Source: an uncultured Acidobacteriota bacterium (GTDB taxonomy: Bacteria; Acidobacteriota; Thermoanaerobaculia; Multivoradales; UBA5704). Taken from it: 64,000 nucleotides of DNA. The DNA lies in NCBI GenBank assembly GCA_963770895.1, contig CAVYRF010000002.1, forward strand, positions 4,768,001-4,832,000, read 5' to 3'. The notes under the pieces were generated by a model. The model searched no databases. It saw nothing but the letters and a program-made list of their open reading frames with translations, and was not told the origin of the DNA. Made by a program: the position numbers and the translations under genes. Positions 60,283-64,000 of the stretch are shown here, piece by piece (position 1 is the first letter of the stretch; each line of letters opens with the position of its first letter).

Positions 60283-62929
60283 CCCGGACCGGCGCCTCAA
60301 CCTGTCGCTGGGGACCCGGATCGTCCTGGTCACCTCGCTGCTGATCGCCCTGTCGGTGGGCGCGGCGGTGGCGGTCACCTCGTTTGTCCTGCACGACATC
60401 GCGCGCAAGGCGGCGCACGATGCGCTCTTGGGCAGCGCCGCGGCGCAGGATACCTTGCAGGCGCAGTATTACGAACAGCTGAAATTGATGTCGCGCCTGT
60501 TCGTCAGCGATCCGGCGCTCACCGCCTATATCGCGCAGGCGGCGGAAGACAAGGATACGGCTTCGATCCTGGACCAGCTGTCCAGCCGCCAGCAGGACCT
60601 CAAGTTCACCTTCGCCATCGTCGTCGATCCGGCCGGGCGGGTCATCGCGCGCACCGACAATCCGGCGTCGCACCAGGACCTGTCGCAGCAGGCGCTGATC
60701 CGCGAGGCGGTCAACGGTCCCAAGGAGACGGCCGGCGTCTGGCGGGAAGGCGATCGCCTGTACTACGCGGTGGCGGTGCCGATGACCAAGAACTTCGAGC
60801 TGCTCGGCTTCATGGTCACCGCCTTCGAGATCACCAACGCCACGGCCAGCCGCGTCAACGCCGCCACCGCCACCGACGTGGCCTTTGTGGCGATGGACGC
60901 CAACGGCGTGCGGGTGGTGGCAAGCACGCTGGGCGCCTCGATGCGCCAGCCGCTGGCACTCGCCCTCAACGCGCTGGCCGACCACCCGCTGATCGTGGGC
61001 CGCAGCGCCGGCGCCGGCGCCGAGCCGCGCGACCTGGGAATTTCGCTGCTCGACGAGCCGTGGCTTGCCCTGGCGTCGCCGCTGATGGACGCCGCCGGCC
61101 GCCAGGTGGGGGCCAGCGTGGCGCTGGCGTCGGTGCGCAAGGAAGAGGCGGCCTTCGGCAAGATCCAGCAGGTGGTGCTGCTGTCGGGCCTGGCGGCGGT
61201 GCTGATCGCGCCGCTCCTGGCCCTGGTGGTGACGCGGCGCACGCTGGCGCCGGTGCACCGGCTGGTGGCGGCGGCCGAAGCGGCGCGCCAGGGCGACTAC
61301 AACCAGCAGATCGTCGTCGGCGGCGCCGACGAGGTGGGCAAGCTGGCGCGCGCCTTCGACGTGCTGCTGCGCGACCTGCGCGAAAAACGCGACATGGAAG
61401 CCTACGTCACCGAGCTGTCGCGCAACCTGCCCGAGCCGGGCGGGGCGACGTCGCGGGTGGTTCTGGGCGGTGCCCAGATGCGCGATTCGGTGGTCATGGG
61501 CCTGGAGCTCTTCGGTTTCAGCAGGTCGCGCGTCGAGGGCGGTCCCGAGCGGGCGCTGGATCGGCTCGGCAAGGCGATGACCTGGATCGCCTCGACGGTC
61601 GAAAGCGCCGGCGGCGAGATCGAGGCCGTTGCCGGCCATCGCGTGCTGGCGCGCTTCACCCGTGGGCGGCAGCCGCTGGGGGCGCTGGCGGCGGCGGCGC
61701 AGATCCTGCAGCCCAACGCGGTGTGGGGGGAAGAGGGCAACGGCGAGCCGCCGAGCATCGCCCTGGCCTCCGGCACGGTGATCACCGGCCTGGTCAGCTG
61801 GGCCGACCAGTCCGAGCGCGGCCTGATCGGCCAGCCGGTGCAGCAGATCGAAAGCCTGCTGCGCGAGGCGACGCCGGGCGACATGGTCCTGGCGCGCGAC
61901 GTCTACATGCAGCTGCGCGACACCTTCGTGCGCGCCGGCTACGATCTGGCGCCGCGGCGCGGGCTGGTCAGCCCGCAGCCCATCTACGCCCTGACCGCCG
62001 ACCTGGCTGCCCGCCTGGTGAGCAGCCCGGTGCTGCGCAGCGGCTCGGGCGAGCTGGCGGCCGGCACGACCCAGGAGACCAGCGCCGTCGTCACCCTGTC
62101 GGGGGTGGCGCCGGGGACGCTCATGGGGCAGCGGTTCCAGGTGCTGTCGGTGCTCGGCAGCGGCGGCATGGGGGTGGTGTACAAGGCGCGCGACCGCGAG
62201 CTGGACGACCTGGTGGCGCTCAAGGTGCTGCGCCAGGAGCAGTGGGGCGACGCGGCGCAGCTGGAGCGGCTCAAGAGCGAGCTCAAGCTGGCGCGCAAGA
62301 TCACCCACCCCAACGTGCTGCGCACCTACGATTTCGGCGAGATCGACCGGGTGGCGTTCATCTCCATGGAGTACGTGCGCGGCGTCACCCTGCGCTTCAT
62401 GCTCGATCAGTCGCACCGCCTGCCCTATTCCGCCGCGCTGCGGCTCGGCAAGCAGCTGTGCGCCGGCCTGGCGGCGGCGCACGCGGTGGGCGTGATCCAT
62501 CGCGACATCAAGCCCGAAAACCTCATCCTGGAGCCGACCGGCAACGCCAAGCTGATGGACTTCGGCATCGCCCGGCCGGTGCAGCGCCTGCAGCCGGGCC
62601 AGACCCAGGCCGGCTTCATCATCGGCACGCCGCAGTACCTGGCGCCCGAGCAGGTGCAGGGAGGGGAGATCGACACCCGCGCCGACATCTATTCGTGCGG
62701 CGTGGTGCTGTTCGAGATCTTCAGCGGCGAGGTGCCGTTCAAGGCGCCGACGGCGATGGAAGTGGTGCTCAAGCACCTGCAGACCGAGCCGCCCTCGCCG
62801 CGCGAGTACTGGAGCGAGATGCCGCCGCGGCTGGAAGCGGCGATCCTGCGCTGCCTGCGCAAGTCTCCGGACGAGCGCTTCCAGCGGGTGGAAGAGCTGC
62901 AGAGCGAGCTGGAAGCGCTGAGCGCCTGA
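60266..62929 (+). CDS. Membrane receptor Ser/Thr kinase: TM-Cache-like sensor-TM-HAMP-degenerate class III cyclase-kinase
   Basis: Two TMs, HAMP (DEVGKLARAFD), cyclase-like segment, intact kinase (GSGGMGVVY, VALK, HRDIKPEN, DFG, APE). Confidence 0.88.
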   Translation: MKTTDSPDRRLNLSLGTRIVLVTSLLIALSVGAAVAVTSFVLHDIARKAAHDALLGSAAAQDTLQAQYYEQLKLMSRLFVSDPALTAYIAQAAEDKDTASILDQLSSRQQDLKFTFAIVVDPAGRVIARTDNPASHQDLSQQALIREAVNGPKETAGVWREGDRLYYAVAVPMTKNFELLGFMVTAFEITNATASRVNAATATDVAFVAMDANGVRVVASTLGASMRQPLALALNALADHPLIVGRSAGAGAEPRDLGISLLDEPWLALASPLMDAAGRQVGASVALASVRKEEAAFGKIQQVVLLSGLAAVLIAPLLALVVTRRTLAPVHRLVAAAEAARQGDYNQQIVVGGADEVGKLARAFDVLLRDLREKRDMEAYVTELSRNLPEPGGATSRVVLGGAQMRDSVVMGLELFGFSRSRVEGGPERALDRLGKAMTWIASTVESAGGEIEAVAGHRVLARFTRGRQPLGALAAAAQILQPNAVWGEEGNGEPPSIALASGTVITGLVSWADQSERGLIGQPVQQIESLLREATPGDMVLARDVYMQLRDTFVRAGYDLAPRRGLVSPQPIYALTADLAARLVSSPVLRSGSGELAAGTTQETSAVVTLSGVAPGTLMGQRFQVLSVLGSGGMGVVYKARDRELDDLVALKVLRQEQWGDAAQLERLKSELKLARKITHPNVLRTYDFGEIDRVAFISMEYVRGVTLRFMLDQSHRLPYSAALRLGKQLCAGLAAAHAVGVIHRDIKPENLILEPTGNAKLMDFGIARPVQRLQPGQTQAGFIIGTPQYLAPEQVQGGEIDTRADIYSCGVVLFEIFSGEVPFKAPTAMEVVLKHLQTEPPSPREYWSEMPPRLEAAILRCLRKSPDERFQRVEELQSELEALSA

Positions 62930-63038
62930 CGGCGCGCAAGCACCGCTGCGCCAGGGCGCGGCAGCGGAATTTGTGCGCTTGCGGCACAATGTATCGTATT
63001 GTTGCTATATGTTTCGGTCACTTCCGGGAGACGGACCG

Positions 63039-64000
63039 ATGACCCAGGCAGGAGCCGGAGTCGAAGCCGCCGCCGCGCCCACGACCACTGCCGATGCCGC
63101 AGCCGGCGCCGCATCCGCCGCCGCGGCCCCAGGCGGCGACCCCGCCGACCTGGCGGGCCGGCTGCTGGAATACGAAACGCTGCTGGAGATCGGTTCCAAG
63201 CTGGCGTCCTCCCTGGACCTGGCGACCGTGCTGGAGCTGGCCCTGTCCGCCGCCGAGCGCTTGTGCCGCGCCGAAACCAGCTCTATCTGGGAGCTGGACG
63301 AAGAGCGCCAGGAGCTTTTCTTCCGCCTGGTGCGCGGCCGGGCGGCGGGCGAGATCCGCGGCCTGCGCGTGCCGTTGGGGCAGGGCATCGTCGGCAGCGT
63401 GGCGCAATCCGGGGTTGCAGAAGCGGTCAAGGACGTCAATGCCGACCCGCGCTGGCACGGCGACCCCCAGGACGTGTTCCAGACGCGCGCCATCCTGGCC
63501 GTGCCGCTGCTCGCCAACGGCCAGGTGGTAGGCGTGCTGCAGCTGCTCAACCCGCTGGGCCGGGATCATTTCACCGGCGAAGACGTGCGGCGCATGCAGC
63601 GCTTTGCCGACATCCTGGCGCACCCGCTGCAGAACGCCCGCCTGTACGCCGCCCAGCGGCGCCAGTTCCTGAACATGGTCACGGCGCTCGCCGAAACCCT
63701 GGAAAAGAAGGACCCCTACACCGGCGGCCACGTCCGCCGCGTGGTCAGCTATTCGATGCTGCTGGGCGCCGAGCTGGGCCTGGACCACGCCGATCTCAAG
63801 GATCTGTGGCTGGCCGCGACCCTGCACGACATCGGCAAGATCGGCGTGCCCGACCGCATTCTGGGCAAACCCGCGCCGCTCGACAGCGACGAGGCGGCGG
63901 TGATGCGGCGCCACACCACCGACGGCGCGGAGATCGTCTCCCACCTGTCCAATCCCCACGTCCTGCCGGGGGTGCGCAGTCACCACGAGCGCCTGGACGG
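63039..64000 (+). CDS. GAF + HD-GYP domain protein (putative cyclic-dinucleotide phosphodiesterase), 3' end outside window
   Basis: Manual translation from ATG 63039 (GGGAG RBS): GAF (GQGIVGSVA...ILAVPL...VGVLQLLN...F) then KDPYTGGHVRRV...LHDIGKIGVPD...HHERLD. Confidence 0.9.
   Translation, partial: MTQAGAGVEAAAAPTTTADAAAGAASAAAAPGGDPADLAGRLLEYETLLEIGSKLASSLDLATVLELALSAAERLCRAETSSIWELDEERQELFFRLVRGRAAGEIRGLRVPLGQGIVGSVAQSGVAEAVKDVNADPRWHGDPQDVFQTRAILAVPLLANGQVVGVLQLLNPLGRDHFTGEDVRRMQRFADILAHPLQNARLYAAQRRQFLNMVTALAETLEKKDPYTGGHVRRVVSYSMLLGAELGLDHADLKDLWLAATLHDIGKIGVPDRILGKPAPLDSDEAAVMRRHTTDGAEIVSHLSNPHVLPGVRSHHERLD

Noticed and set aside
62971-62989. Inverted repeat TTGTGC-N7-GCACAA upstream of the HD-GYP gene
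   Set aside because: A single 6-bp arm palindrome with no second copy seen; too weak to call

Overview
Very GC-rich bacterial chromosome segment. It is most consistent with Acidobacteriota, probably Thermoanaerobaculia (inferred from a GWxTD-Ig-VWA protein, signal-peptide DinB paralogs and a wHTH/beta-propeller sensor). I saw no rRNA, tRNA, CRISPR array or transposase. Core and housekeeping content: the end of a chemosensory operon (MCP, HEAT protein, cheR, cheB, a convergent receiver protein), two acyl-CoA dehydrogenases, rmuC, an orphan DNA methyltransferase, guaB, secA, an M23 peptidase, split pntAa/pntAb/pntB, two toxin-antitoxin pairs (hicBA, yefM-yoeB), and M20 and M28 peptidases. The most notable items follow. 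(1) A 51-aa double-glycine RiPP/lanthipeptide-like precursor at 8669-8824 (-), missed by the ORF track, with its own promoter and RBS and no modification enzymes in the window. (2) A translationally coupled MscS-FHA fusion and membrane-anchored pseudokinase (30276-32590). (3) A cupredoxin-like protein coupled to a sensor-HAMP-dead cyclase-Ser/Thr kinase receptor (59494-62929). (4) A FAAL-like ligase, ACP and LpxL-like acyltransferase module flanked by two small paralogous proteins and a variant metzincin. (5) A membrane-split alpha/beta-hydrolase next to a lipase maturation factor homolog. (6) Three internal-deletion gene scars, one an ECF42 sigma factor whose promoter survives. All family calls are from motif recognition by eye; no database search was run.
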